DNA of 64,000 nt, from assembly GCA_965247585.1 (NCBI GenBank), contig CBDFHC010000005.1, positions 192,334-256,333 on the forward strand, given 5' to 3'. Source of the DNA: Dehalococcoidia bacterium. GTDB taxonomy: Bacteria; Chloroflexota; Dehalococcoidia; Lucifugimonadales; GCA-2712585. Position numbers and translations under genes: made by a program. Positions 27,831 to 37,558 of this stretch are shown in pieces. Position 1 is the first letter of the stretch, and the number at the start of each line of letters is the position of its first letter. The notes under the pieces are model-generated. The model made no database searches and was not told where the DNA came from. It worked only from the letters and a program-made list of their open reading frames with translations.

Positions 27831-27975
27831 ACATATTTAGTATGCTCTATGGGCGATGATGTAATGTGGCAGGCGCCATGGAAGCAGGCTGCGACGGTAT
27901 TTCCGAGGGAAACTAAGGTGAGGCCGCGACGGCGGCGATAGGTTGAACCGGACGACGGGCCAAAAGGAGAGAGGC

Positions 27976-29085
27976 ATGAAGACGAAAGCAGCGGTGTTGT
28001 ATGAGGCGGGAACGCCCCTGGTGATTGAGGAGCTGGAGCTGGATGAGCCGAAGGCGGGGGAGGTGCTGGTGAAGATAGGCGGGGCGGGTATCTGCCGCAG
28101 CGATTGGCACTTGATGTCGGGCGAGTCTTCCATGGTGCTGCCGGCGGTGCTGGGGCACGAAGGGGCGGGGACGGTGGAGGAGGTGGGGCCAGGGGTGACG
28201 GCGGTGAAGCCGGGAGCCCGAGTGATACTTTCGTTTGTGGCGAGTTGCGGGCATTGCTATTTCTGCAACACGGGGAAGCCGAACCTGTGCGACCGGCACA
28301 TGGCGACGTCTGCCACGATGCTGGACGGTACGCACCGGCTGCACAAGGGGGAGCACGATTTCACACCGATGGCCAAGCTGGCGTGCTTTGCGCAGTGGTC
28401 CGTTGTGCCGGAGGTGTCTTGCATTCCCTGCCCCGACGGGCTGCCGCTGGACAAGGCGGCGCTGGTAGGGTGCTGCGTGACGACGGGGGTGGGCGCGGCG
28501 ACGATAACGGCGGGGGTGACGCCGGGAAGCACCGTGGCGGTGGTGGGTTGCGGGGGAGTGGGGCTGAACGTTATTCAAGGGGCCAAGCTTTCGGGAGCGG
28601 CGAAGATAATCGCGGTGGATATAAGCGAGGGGGCGCTGGAGTTCGCGATGCAGTTTGGGGCGACGCACATGGTGAACCCGAAGCAGCAGGGCGCGGTAGC
28701 GCGGGTGAGGGAGATCACCGGCGGGCTGGGGGCGGACTATACGTTTGAGGTGTTCGGGTCCAGCGAGACGGTGGAGATGGCGTTTGAGATGGCGCGCAAG
28801 GGTGGAACCGCGACGGTGGTGGGGATAGTGCCGGACGGGGAGATGCCTTCGATAAACCCAGTGGCGCTGGTAAGGCAGGAGAAGACGTTGAAGGGGAGCT
28901 ACTACGGGTCGGCGCGGCTGCACGCAGATATGCCGCGGCTGGCGGAGATGTACGTTTCCGGGCAGTTGGACCTGGACGCGATGGTGACGCGGACGTATCA
29001 CCTGGATGAGATTAATCAGGCGTATGAGGACCTGACCGGTGGGGAGGTGGGGCGAGGGGTGATAACGCGGTTTGAGGACCGGTAA
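27976..29085 (+). CDS. Zn-dependent alcohol dehydrogenase (MDR family, class III-like)
   Basis: Start moved to ATG 27976 (AAAAGGAG upstream). It has GHEGAGTVEEVG, the structural-Zn cysteines CGHCYFC, and GCGGVG. Confidence 0.9.
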   Translation: MKTKAAVLYEAGTPLVIEELELDEPKAGEVLVKIGGAGICRSDWHLMSGESSMVLPAVLGHEGAGTVEEVGPGVTAVKPGARVILSFVASCGHCYFCNTGKPNLCDRHMATSATMLDGTHRLHKGEHDFTPMAKLACFAQWSVVPEVSCIPCPDGLPLDKAALVGCCVTTGVGAATITAGVTPGSTVAVVGCGGVGLNVIQGAKLSGAAKIIAVDISEGALEFAMQFGATHMVNPKQQGAVARVREITGGLGADYTFEVFGSSETVEMAFEMARKGGTATVVGIVPDGEMPSINPVALVRQEKTLKGSYYGSARLHADMPRLAEMYVSGQLDLDAMVTRTYHLDEINQAYEDLTGGEVGRGVITRFEDR

Positions 29086-29345
29086 AGGGGGGTCAGGGAT
29101 CCAGGGGTGCCCGTCAGACGCCCCAGGCGGACTGCACTCTACTGTGGGGCCGAATGTAACCGGGCCGATAATTTCAGACCGATCAGTTATAGAGGAGGGT
29201 ATGGCCACCACGAAGGGCAGCGAATCACAGGTTGGCGGTTCCCACCCTCCCGCCCAGCAGGGTTTTTAAAATGATTTCTGAGGGACACTCTCAGGCTCCC
29301 GGCAGCCACTACTCAGGTTCTGTGCACTCTCCTGTGCGGTTGGTG
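29086..29345 (+). repeat. Degenerate S directly after the stop codon, then an A unit (subtype 2)
   Basis: The region 29086-29145 ends in CTGCACTCTACTGTGGGG. The A unit at 29190-29335 has the box GGTTGGCGGTTCCCACCCTCCCGCC. Confidence 0.85.
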
Positions 29346-29559
29346 CTAAAAGTGCGCAGGAGAGGCTCATCAGGGGACGAGATTTTTGGTTTAGGTACCA
29401 TCAGAGATAGCGGGTGGGCGACGGAGTGGAAAGGGTTGGGGCGACGGTGTGGAAGGGGGTTGTATGATACAATCGAGCCGGGATTAAGGGGGCGGATAGA
29501 GCGCTCAACAGTCAGAAATTCCCAATTTTACGAGCAAACGGCGGGAAAGGCGGTGTTTA

Positions 29560-30207
29560 TTGACCGACCGTGTAGCGATCTTTATAGATGGTAGCAATTT
29601 GTATCACGCCCTGGACGAGAACTGCGGCCGGATGGACCTGGACTTCGGGGCGTTTGTGGCCAAGCTGACGGGGGCCCGGCAGCTATTCAGGGCCTATTAC
29701 TACAATATCTTGCAGGATTCAGACCGGAAGGGTCACGCGTTCCAGGAGCAGCAGAAGTTCCTGGCTACGCTGTACGGCACTCCGTATTTTGAGGTGCGGC
29801 TGGGGACGTCCAAGTACCGGGGCGAGGTGCTGGTGGAGAAGGGGGTGGATATTATGATGGCGACGGACCTGCTCCAGTATGGATGGACTGACAAGTACGA
29901 TGTGGGGATATTGGTGAGCGGGGACGGAGACTTTGCGTACGCTATTCAAACGGTGAAGAACTTTGGGAAGCACGTGGAAGTGGCGTCTTTTCCCGGCAAC
30001 TTGTCATACGAGCTTTCACAGACGGCGGACGTGCTGAACATTCTGGACCGGGGCTTCTTTGACGACCTTTGGGCGTCAGGGCGAGGGCAAAGGGACCGGG
30101 ATGAGGATGCGGAAGGTCAACTACGGAAGCGCCGGAGGCGGAGGCGGCCATCAACCGGAGTGGGGCAGCCCGGGGCGGAAGAGGCCGCGCCGGTGGGTGT
30201 GAACTAG
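29560..30207 (+). CDS. NYN (LabA-like, PIN-related) domain protein with Arg-rich tail
   Basis: VAIFIDGSNLYH and VSGDGDF motifs, with a C-terminal RKRRRRRRP. TTG start. Confidence 0.75.
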   Translation: MTDRVAIFIDGSNLYHALDENCGRMDLDFGAFVAKLTGARQLFRAYYYNILQDSDRKGHAFQEQQKFLATLYGTPYFEVRLGTSKYRGEVLVEKGVDIMMATDLLQYGWTDKYDVGILVSGDGDFAYAIQTVKNFGKHVEVASFPGNLSYELSQTADVLNILDRGFFDDLWASGRGQRDRDEDAEGQLRKRRRRRRPSTGVGQPGAEEAAPVGVN

Positions 30208-30245
30208 GGACCGCCAACTCTGGAAACAAGGGCTGGAGGCCATGC

Positions 30246-31112
30246 ATGGCTAAGGCGATGGTAGACGGGGTGGGGCTGTATTACGAGGTGACGGGCGAAG
30301 GGTTTCCGCTGGTGTTTTCGCACGAGTTCGGTGGAGACTACCGGAGCTGGGAGAACCAGGCGCGGTATTTTTCGCGGCGCTATCAGGTGATTACTTATAA
30401 CGCCAGAGGGTACCCGCCGTCAGACGTGCCGGAGAGGGTAAACGACTACTCGCAGGACCGGGCGGTGGATGATCTGCACGGGTTGCTGAAGCACCTGGGG
30501 ATCAATGAGGCTTACGTAGCGGGGCTGTCCATGGGAGGCAGCGTGGCGCTGAATTTCGGGTTCGCGTACCCGGAGATGGCCAAGGCGCTGGTGGTTTCGG
30601 GGGCAGGGACGGGGAGCACCGATACGGAGAGTTGGCGCAAGGAGACGTTGGCGCTGGCGGAGCGGTTCGAGAAGGAGGGACTGAAGGGGATGGGGGACGA
30701 GTACGCCAGGGCTAGGGCGAGGCAGTCGTTTCTTCGGAAGGACCCGCGGGGGTGGGGTGAGTTCAAGGCGGCGCTGCTGGAGCACGACTCGAAGGGGGCG
30801 ACGCTGACGTTCCGGGGGTTTCAGGCGAGGCGGCCCAGCGTCTTCGAGCAGAAGGATAAGATGCACGCGCTGAAGACGCCGACGCTGATTATTTGCGGGG
30901 ACGAGGACGAGCCGTGCATTGAGCCGTCCATTTTCATGAGGCGGAATATTCCGCGGTCCGGGTTGGTGATGTTCCCGCAGACGGGGCACACACCGAACCT
31001 GGAGGAGCCGGCGCTGTTCAACCGGACGATTGAGGATTTTCTGACGTCGGTGGAGGCGGGGCGGTGGGCGGAGAGGGACCTATCGGCGGCGGCGGGGTTC
31101 GTTTCGCGGTAG
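30246..31112 (+). CDS. Alpha/beta hydrolase
   Basis: 288 aa with the nucleophile elbow GLSMGG and a C-terminal GH. Confidence 0.85.
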   Translation: MAKAMVDGVGLYYEVTGEGFPLVFSHEFGGDYRSWENQARYFSRRYQVITYNARGYPPSDVPERVNDYSQDRAVDDLHGLLKHLGINEAYVAGLSMGGSVALNFGFAYPEMAKALVVSGAGTGSTDTESWRKETLALAERFEKEGLKGMGDEYARARARQSFLRKDPRGWGEFKAALLEHDSKGATLTFRGFQARRPSVFEQKDKMHALKTPTLIICGDEDEPCIEPSIFMRRNIPRSGLVMFPQTGHTPNLEEPALFNRTIEDFLTSVEAGRWAERDLSAAAGFVSR

Positions 31113-31134
31113 ACGGCGTGTGGACAGCGGCCCG

Positions 31135-31887
31135 CTAGAGGGCGAGGGCGGCCACGGCGCCCACCACTTGGGCCAGACCGGCCACGGTGGCGTCAGGCGG
31201 ATGGTGGTCAGGGAGTAGGTCCTGCGGGAACATGGGGACCCAGATGGCCTTGAGCCCAGCAGCCTTGGCACCCGCCACGTCCTTCATTCGATCATCACCG
31301 ACGTGCACGGTGGCTCCGGGGGAGGCGTTCAGCTGCCGCAAGGCGCAGTAGAACATCTCTTTAGCGGGCTTGGCGAGGCGGACCTGGTCAGAGAAGACCA
31401 GGGTATCGAAAAACCGCAGGATGCCCACCTGTTCCATGTATGCCTGGACGGTGCTACCCGGGGTCATGGCGGTGTTGGAGATGAGTCCCAGATTGAATCC
31501 TCGCTCCTTTAGCTGGGATAGGGTGGAGAAGGTGTCGGGGTGGAGGGGGGTTGGGTAGTCGAAGAAGGAGTGGTCGTAGGCGCGGCCGATCTGTTGGATG
31601 GTGTCGCCGGGAAGGTCCGCGGAGAGGCCGGGGGCGATGCCATCAATAAAGATGAGGACCTGGTCATCGAACGGGATGTCGCGCTCCTGGGCACGGATGT
31701 CGCTACAGGTCTTGACGCAGGCCCAGTAGGCGTCCCACAAGCGGTCCTCAGGGAAGGGGCGTCCGGCGTGGGCCAGGGCTTCGGCGGCGCGATCTATCCG
31801 AAGCTGGGCGCGTTTGAGACCCAGTTCGCGGTCCTCGATGATGAGGGTCTCCCACATATCGAAGGTGACGGTGGTAACAGCGGTCAA
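31135..31887 (-). CDS. HAD family hydrolase
   Basis: N-terminal FDMWETL, plus SNT and GDDRMKD motifs. Confidence 0.8.
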   Translation of the reverse strand: MTAVTTVTFDMWETLIIEDRELGLKRAQLRIDRAAEALAHAGRPFPEDRLWDAYWACVKTCSDIRAQERDIPFDDQVLIFIDGIAPGLSADLPGDTIQQIGRAYDHSFFDYPTPLHPDTFSTLSQLKERGFNLGLISNTAMTPGSTVQAYMEQVGILRFFDTLVFSDQVRLAKPAKEMFYCALRQLNASPGATVHVGDDRMKDVAGAKAAGLKAIWVPMFPQDLLPDHHPPDATVAGLAQVVGAVAALAL

Positions 31888-31950
31888 ACCAGGGGGCTCC
31901 TTTTGGGGCTTTGGTGGTAATCATACCAGCGGGGCGGCGCGGAGGGTAAC

Positions 31951-32220
31951 GCTGAGAATACCGATGAAATCAAAAACTCACAGCCCCTGAGGCTCCCGCC
32001 AGAGGGTTTGTGAATAATTCCCCCCAGGGAGGCGTCCATAGAAGAGATGAGCGTCTATTCCCCAGCCAATGAGACATGGCGATGGGTGTGGTCACTGGAG
32101 AGGGTTGCGAATCGGAGGTTGGTGGTTCCCACCGTCCCGCCCCGAATGGTTTTTAAGGTAGTTTCTGAGGGACACCCTCAGACCCCCGCCAGAGGGGGCT
32201 AACTCCCTCTCGACACCCCC
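31951..32220 (+). repeat. D-like module and A unit
   Basis: AAATCAAAAACTCACAGCCCCTGAGGCTCCCGCCAG lies at about 31968-32003. The A unit is at 32050-32220. Confidence 0.85.
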
Positions 32221-32277
32221 CTAGGTGGGTGTCAGGAACCGGCTTGCCACGGGAAGGGGGACCGGCGAGGGCAGGGG

Positions 32278-33504
32278 CTAGCCGATGCGCTCGTAGGCGG
32301 CTTCGCCGTGCTGGGAGAGGTCAAGGCCGGCCGCTTCGTCCTCGGGCTTAACGCGGAGGCCGATGGTGCGCTGGAGGACCAGGAGGATGACGAGGGTGAC
32401 GGCGAAGGACCAGGCCCAGGCGACGCCGATGGTGCCGAGCTGCCGGACGATCTGTTCGCCGCGGGTGAGGTCAACGCCCAGCTCACGCATGCTGAGAAGA
32501 CCGACGCCCATAAAGAGTCCGACGGCCAGCATGCCAATGGTCCCGCCGACGCCGTGGATGGCCCAGACGTCCAGGGAATCGTCCAGCCGCATGCGGTTCT
32601 TGAGGTGGACCGCGCCGTAGCAGATGATACCAGCGGCCAGACCGATGAGCAGGGCGGGCATGGGGCCGACGAAGCCAGCGGCGGGGGTGATGGTGGCGAG
32701 GCCGGCGACGGCGCCTGTGGCGGCGCCGACGACGCTAATGCGGCCGATGAAGAAGTAGTCGAGGGTGGCCCAGGTGACGGCGGCCATGGCGGCGGCGGTG
32801 TGGGTGGCGACGAAGGCAGAGGTGGCGATGGCGTCCGCGGCGAGGGAGCTGCCGGCGTTGAAGCCGAACCAGCCGAACCAGAGGAGGGAGGCGCCCAAGA
32901 CGACGAAGGGGACGTTGTGGGGGGTCATCTGCACCTGGCCGTAACCGCGGCGCCTGCCGAAAACCAAGGCGGCACAAAGGGCGGCGACACCGGAGCTGAT
33001 GTGAACGACGGCGCCACCGGCGAAGTCCTTGGCGCCCCATTCGCCGAGCCATCCACCGGCGCCCCAGACCCAGTGGGCCAGGGGGGCGTAGACGATGGTG
33101 GACCAGAGAACCATGAAGATGACGAAGGTGCTGAACTTGATGCGCTCAGCGAAGGCGCCGGCGATGAGGGCGGGGGTGATGATGGCGAATTTGGCCTGGA
33201 ATACCATGAATGCCATGTGAGGAATGGTAGCGGCATAGGGACCTGCCTCTTCTGCGGAGACGCCTCTGAGGCCAATCCACTTGAGGTTGCCGATGAAGCC
33301 GCCAAGGTCAGGGCCGAAGGCGAGGCTGTAGCCCCAGAGGACCCAGACGAGGCCGACGACGGCCAGGGCGATGAAGCTGTGCATCATGGTGCCGATGACG
33401 TTTTTGGAACGGACGAGGCCAGCGTAGAAGAAGGCCAAGCCGGGGACCATGATGAAGACCAGTGCGGAAGAGGTTAAGACCCAAGCGGTATCGCCACTGT
33501 CCAT
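32278..33504 (-). CDS. amt: Ammonium transporter (Amt family)
   Basis: 408 aa, polytopic, with DFAGGAVVHISSG and the overall Amt/MEP pattern. No adjacent glnK/glnB. Confidence 0.9.
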   Translation of the reverse strand: MDSGDTAWVLTSSALVFIMVPGLAFFYAGLVRSKNVIGTMMHSFIALAVVGLVWVLWGYSLAFGPDLGGFIGNLKWIGLRGVSAEEAGPYAATIPHMAFMVFQAKFAIITPALIAGAFAERIKFSTFVIFMVLWSTIVYAPLAHWVWGAGGWLGEWGAKDFAGGAVVHISSGVAALCAALVFGRRRGYGQVQMTPHNVPFVVLGASLLWFGWFGFNAGSSLAADAIATSAFVATHTAAAMAAVTWATLDYFFIGRISVVGAATGAVAGLATITPAAGFVGPMPALLIGLAAGIICYGAVHLKNRMRLDDSLDVWAIHGVGGTIGMLAVGLFMGVGLLSMRELGVDLTRGEQIVRQLGTIGVAWAWSFAVTLVILLVLQRTIGLRVKPEDEAAGLDLSQHGEAAYERIG

Positions 33505-33716
33505 TGGGGCTGTCCTTCCCTAACCGTTTCCAGCTACGTAATGGTTGCCATGGATGGAGTAAAATGGCAGAGTCGTTGTCGACTTGGGCTATCCTAGTAT
33601 CGGAATGAGGCCACGTCAAGCGAATCGGGCGCTGGATACGGTAAGTGAATTGGGGCGCTGGATTGGGGACGGTTGAAGAGGGTGGTGGTGCCCTCCCTCT
33701 CTTCAACCTGGAGCAG

Positions 33717-34080
33717 AAGCGGTATGGGCTCGTCCTTCGAGGTCCTCAGGATGAGCGGGTTGGAAGGGCAGAAGGGCTGCAAGTCACAGGTTGGTGGTGC
33801 CCAGCCGCCCGCTATGTAAGGTTTTATGAAGTTATTTCTGAGGGAGACCCTCAGACTCCCGGCAGGGAACCTGGGTTCCCTCAACTCTCCTGTGAAGCTG
33901 AGACCGACACGGCCAGGGATGAAAATCAGAGGTGAGGCTTCCCTAATTCCGTGGAGAGTCTCAGAGCTCGAGAGTAAATTGAACTGGCACAGCGGTAGTG
34001 GGCACAGGGGTTGGATGTGCTCTCGCCTCCCTACCAGATTCCTCGATCCTCACGCACGGACTCGGAATGACGTGGTGGTG
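33717..34080 (+). repeat. B2, A, F-like, B1
   Basis: The A unit at 33771-33890 has hairpin 2 GGGAACC-TG-GGTTCCC. B1 has the compensated stem ATTCC (34038-34042) / GGAAT (34064-34068). Confidence 0.9.
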
Positions 34081-34133
34081 AACGGGCGGACTTCCTGAAG
34101 CCGTTTGGACGGGCTTCTTGACATGAATTAGAC

Positions 34134-34148
34134 GGATGCAATGCATCC
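34134..34148. promoter_or_regulatory. Perfect 7-1-7 palindrome, candidate operator
   Basis: GGATGCA-A-TGCATCC, 10 nt downstream of a TTGACA hexamer (34118-34123) and about 110 nt upstream of the acylase start. Confidence 0.3.
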
Positions 34149-34259
34149 GAGAGTGTGACGCCGAAAATGGCGGGGGGGCGAACTGCTGGCAGGCTGGCAG
34201 TGAGTTGCCGGGGAGGCGAGGCCACGCTACAGTTAGCCGACCACTTTTGGGAGCTGGCG

Positions 34260-36581
34260 ATGATTACAAGAGATGATTTGAAGCAGGCGCTACCTGACGT
34301 GACGAGCCCGGTTTCGATGGGGGGGCTGAGGGCCGGGGTGGAGGTGTACCGGGACGCGCGGGGGATACCGCACGTGAAGGCGCAGTGTATGGAGGACGCG
34401 TTCTTCGGGCAGGGGTTCGCGACGGCGCAGGACCGGTTGTGGCACATGGATACGGACCGGCACCGAGCGTACGGGCGGTGGGCAGAGCTGGCGGGAGAGG
34501 CGGGGTTGGAGCAGGACCTGCTGATGCGGCGGTTCCGGCTGGAGGCCAGCGCCCGGGCGGATATGCAGTGCATCAGCGAGGGGGGGCGGAGGATGTTGGA
34601 GGCGTACGCGGCGGGGGTGAACGGATTTATTGAGAGCAGCAGGACGCTTCCGGTGGAGTACAAGCTGGTAGGGGCGTCGCCGGCGCCATGGCAACCGTGG
34701 GACTGTCTGGCGGTTTTGAAGGTGCGGCACATTTTCATGGGGACGTTTGAGGGGAAGCTGTGGCGATCGCGGTTGTTGAATGCGCTAGGGGCGGAGGCGA
34801 CGGCGCGGCTGCTGCCGGGCTACGAGCCGGGACATCTGCTGATTCTGCCGCCGGGGCTGGAGTACACGGGCGGGACGGCGGAGGCGCTGGAGGAGTTGGA
34901 GAGGGGAGCTTCTGCGGTGGACCGGCTGAGGGAGGTGGAGGCGGGGAGCAATAACTGGGTGCTTTCCGGGGAGCGGACGGCGTCAGGGAAGCCGTTGCTG
35001 GCGGGGGACCCGCACCGGGGGCTGGACACGCCGAATGTTTACTACCAGAACCACGTTTCGTGTCCGGAGTTCGACGTGATAGGGGCGTCGTTCCCCGGGG
35101 CGCCGGGGTTTCCCCACTTCGGGCACAACCGTTGGGTGTGCTGGGGGGTGACGCACACGGGGGCGGACTACCAGGACTTGTATGTGGAGCGGTTCAAGGA
35201 GGGGGATTCTTCGCACTACCTATATAAGGAGCAGTGGTTGAGGGCGGAGGCGCACGACGAGACGATCAAGGTGCGTGGCGGAGATGACGTGCCGATTCAG
35301 GTGTTCGTGACGCACCACGGGCCGGTAATAGCAGGGGACCCGGGCAAGGGAACGGGGATTTCGTTCCGGTACACGCAGACGGCGGGGGCCAACGACGGCG
35401 CGGACTGCCTGCTGGAGATGCTGTTGGCGAAGTCCACGCTGGAGCTGGACCGGGCGATGGAGCGGTGGGTGGACCCGGCGAACAATTTTCTGTTCGCGGA
35501 CGTGCACGGGAATATTGGCTACCTTACGCGTGGAAAGGTGCCGATTCGGGCGCCGTTGAACGGGTGGCTGCCGGTGGCGGGTTGGACTGGGGAGCAGGAG
35601 TGGCAGGGGGAGATTGCGTTTGAGGAGATGCCGCGGTCACACAATCCGGAGCAGGGTTATATTGTGACGGCGAATCAGCGGCCGGTGGGAACGGACTATC
35701 CGTACTATGTTGGGCTGGACCACTCGCCGGAGTTCAGGGCGCGCCGAATCACGGAGCGGCTGGCCGGGTTGGAGAAGGCGACGGTGGAGGATATGGGGAG
35801 GGTGCACGGGGAGCGGGTTTCGATACCGGCGCGGCATTATGTGAAGTGGCTGGGCCGGGTCACAGCCTCGGACGAGCTGACGAAGAAGGCGCTGGGCATC
35901 TTGCTAGAGTGGGACGGGAATATGCTGCCGGAGAGCGTGGCGGCGACGATTTACAGCGCGTTCCGGCTGGAGCTGGACCGGGGGGTGCTTGGGCACGCGC
36001 TGGGTCCGCTTTCGGAGGAGGCGTTCGAGGTGAACGGGCGGGGGGCGCCGGGGCACGTGGCGCGGCTGAGGGCGCACATGCTGAAGGTGATAGGGGAGGG
36101 GAACGAGTGGTTTCTGCCGCCAGGCAAGGACTGGAAATCGCTGATGGGGGAGGCGCTGACGGAGGCGGTGGAGAAGTTGAAGGGGGAGTTGGGCAGCGAG
36201 GTGTCAGGGTGGCAGTGGAGCAAGGTACACCACACGGCACCGCAGCACCCGCTGACGCCGGTGTTTCCGGAGGTTTCTGGGTTGCTGGACCCGCCTCAGG
36301 TCTCGATAGGGGGCGACGGGGACACGCCGCAGAACGCGGCGTATTCGCCAGGGCAACCGTACACGATTACGACGATGTCGGTGCTGCGGTACGTGTATGA
36401 CCTTTCGGACTGGAACAAGAGCCGCTGGGTGGTGCCGCTGGGGGCGTCGGGGCACCCGGGGAGCGAGCACTACGCTGACCAGGCTTCGACGTGGGCCGCG
36501 GTGGAGACGCACCCGATGCTTTACGATTGGGGTCAGATAGAGAAGGAGGCGGAGAGCCGGCAGAGGTTGGGGTTGGGGTAG
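34260..36581 (+). CDS. Penicillin acylase family protein (Ntn hydrolase, peptidase S45; AHL/penicillin acylase-like)
   Basis: Start moved to ATG 34260 (GGGAG upstream). It has the autoprocessing site GSNNW. No obvious signal peptide. Confidence 0.85.
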   Translation: MITRDDLKQALPDVTSPVSMGGLRAGVEVYRDARGIPHVKAQCMEDAFFGQGFATAQDRLWHMDTDRHRAYGRWAELAGEAGLEQDLLMRRFRLEASARADMQCISEGGRRMLEAYAAGVNGFIESSRTLPVEYKLVGASPAPWQPWDCLAVLKVRHIFMGTFEGKLWRSRLLNALGAEATARLLPGYEPGHLLILPPGLEYTGGTAEALEELERGASAVDRLREVEAGSNNWVLSGERTASGKPLLAGDPHRGLDTPNVYYQNHVSCPEFDVIGASFPGAPGFPHFGHNRWVCWGVTHTGADYQDLYVERFKEGDSSHYLYKEQWLRAEAHDETIKVRGGDDVPIQVFVTHHGPVIAGDPGKGTGISFRYTQTAGANDGADCLLEMLLAKSTLELDRAMERWVDPANNFLFADVHGNIGYLTRGKVPIRAPLNGWLPVAGWTGEQEWQGEIAFEEMPRSHNPEQGYIVTANQRPVGTDYPYYVGLDHSPEFRARRITERLAGLEKATVEDMGRVHGERVSIPARHYVKWLGRVTASDELTKKALGILLEWDGNMLPESVAATIYSAFRLELDRGVLGHALGPLSEEAFEVNGRGAPGHVARLRAHMLKVIGEGNEWFLPPGKDWKSLMGEALTEAVEKLKGELGSEVSGWQWSKVHHTAPQHPLTPVFPEVSGLLDPPQVSIGGDGDTPQNAAYSPGQPYTITTMSVLRYVYDLSDWNKSRWVVPLGASGHPGSEHYADQASTWAAVETHPMLYDWGQIEKEAESRQRLGLG

Positions 36582-36590
36582 GGATTGGGG

Positions 36591-37337
36591 CTGAGGGAGT
36601 TGCCGCCCTCTGACCTCCCCGAAAGTGGGCGTGGTTCTAGAGACACAGTTTCTAATTGCGGAGCAATCAGCCAAGGGAATGGGCATTGCTAGCATAAAGG
36701 TTTGCGAATCAGAGGTTGGTGGTTCCAACCATCCCGCCCCCCCAGGTTTTTAAAGTTTTTCTGAGGGACACCCTAATACTCCCGGCAGCACCAACCAGGT
36801 TCCCTGCACCCTCCTGTGGGGTTGGTGCCAGGCGGAGGGAGGGAGTCCGGTATGGGCTCGTCCTTCGAGGGCCTCAGGATGAGCGGGTTGGAGGATCAGA
36901 GAGGGTTGCGAATCACGGGTTGGTTGTAAAAGCGGAGGCGAGGGCAGGACACGCTCATCCCGGCGCCACCCAGATTCTTCGATCCTGACGGGCGGACTCG
37001 GAATCGATCATGTTGGCGTCCAGCACCAGGGAGGATGAAAATCAGGATTGGAATCCAAAGCGGTCGCCGCGGTAGGACTTGCTCTCCCCCCGCACCCAGA
37101 TTCTTCGATCCTCACGGGCGGACTCAGGATGAGCGGGTTGGAGGATCAGAGAGGGTTGCGAATCACGGGTTGGTTGTAAAAGCAGAGGCGAGGGCGGGAC
37201 ACGCTCATCCCCGCTCCACCCAGATTCTTCGATCCTGACGGGCGGACTCGGAATGACATGACGCTCTTGGAGGCTCACCTGCCACCAAGTTCGCGCTGAA
37301 GGTGCGGGTGAAGTCAAGAACTCACAGCCTCTCAGGG
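36591..37337 (+). repeat. Repeat cluster: S-like hairpin, A, B2, duplicated 125-bp segment, F, D
   Basis: - CTGAGGGAGTTGCCGCCCTCTGACCTCCCC lies at 36591-36620, 10 nt after the stop codon.
- A lies at 36650-36822.
- The segment 36868-36990 is repeated at 37113-37235.
- D lies at 37263-37337. Confidence 0.9.
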
Positions 37338-37446
37338 TGAATCTGGCACGCAGGAGGAGTGGAAAGTGGATGTGCGGCGCACGTCCCAGGCGGCCAGTTG
37401 TGTGGAGGCGACGGCAACTTTGTTTGGCGGCGTGGATGGCGGCTGA

Positions 37447-37475
37447 TTGACAGGGTTGGGATGGAGAAATACCAT
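37447..37475 (+). promoter_or_regulatory. Candidate promoter for the DUF1800/NHL gene pair
   Basis: TTGACA (37447-37452), 17 nt spacer, TACCAT (37470-37475). Confidence 0.35.
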
Positions 37476-37558
37476 TACCGCCATCAAGGAACGGGCGTTC
37501 TCCGGACGCCGGAATATAGAACGGGAAATCTCGGCTTAGAGATTGAAGGGAGGGCGAT

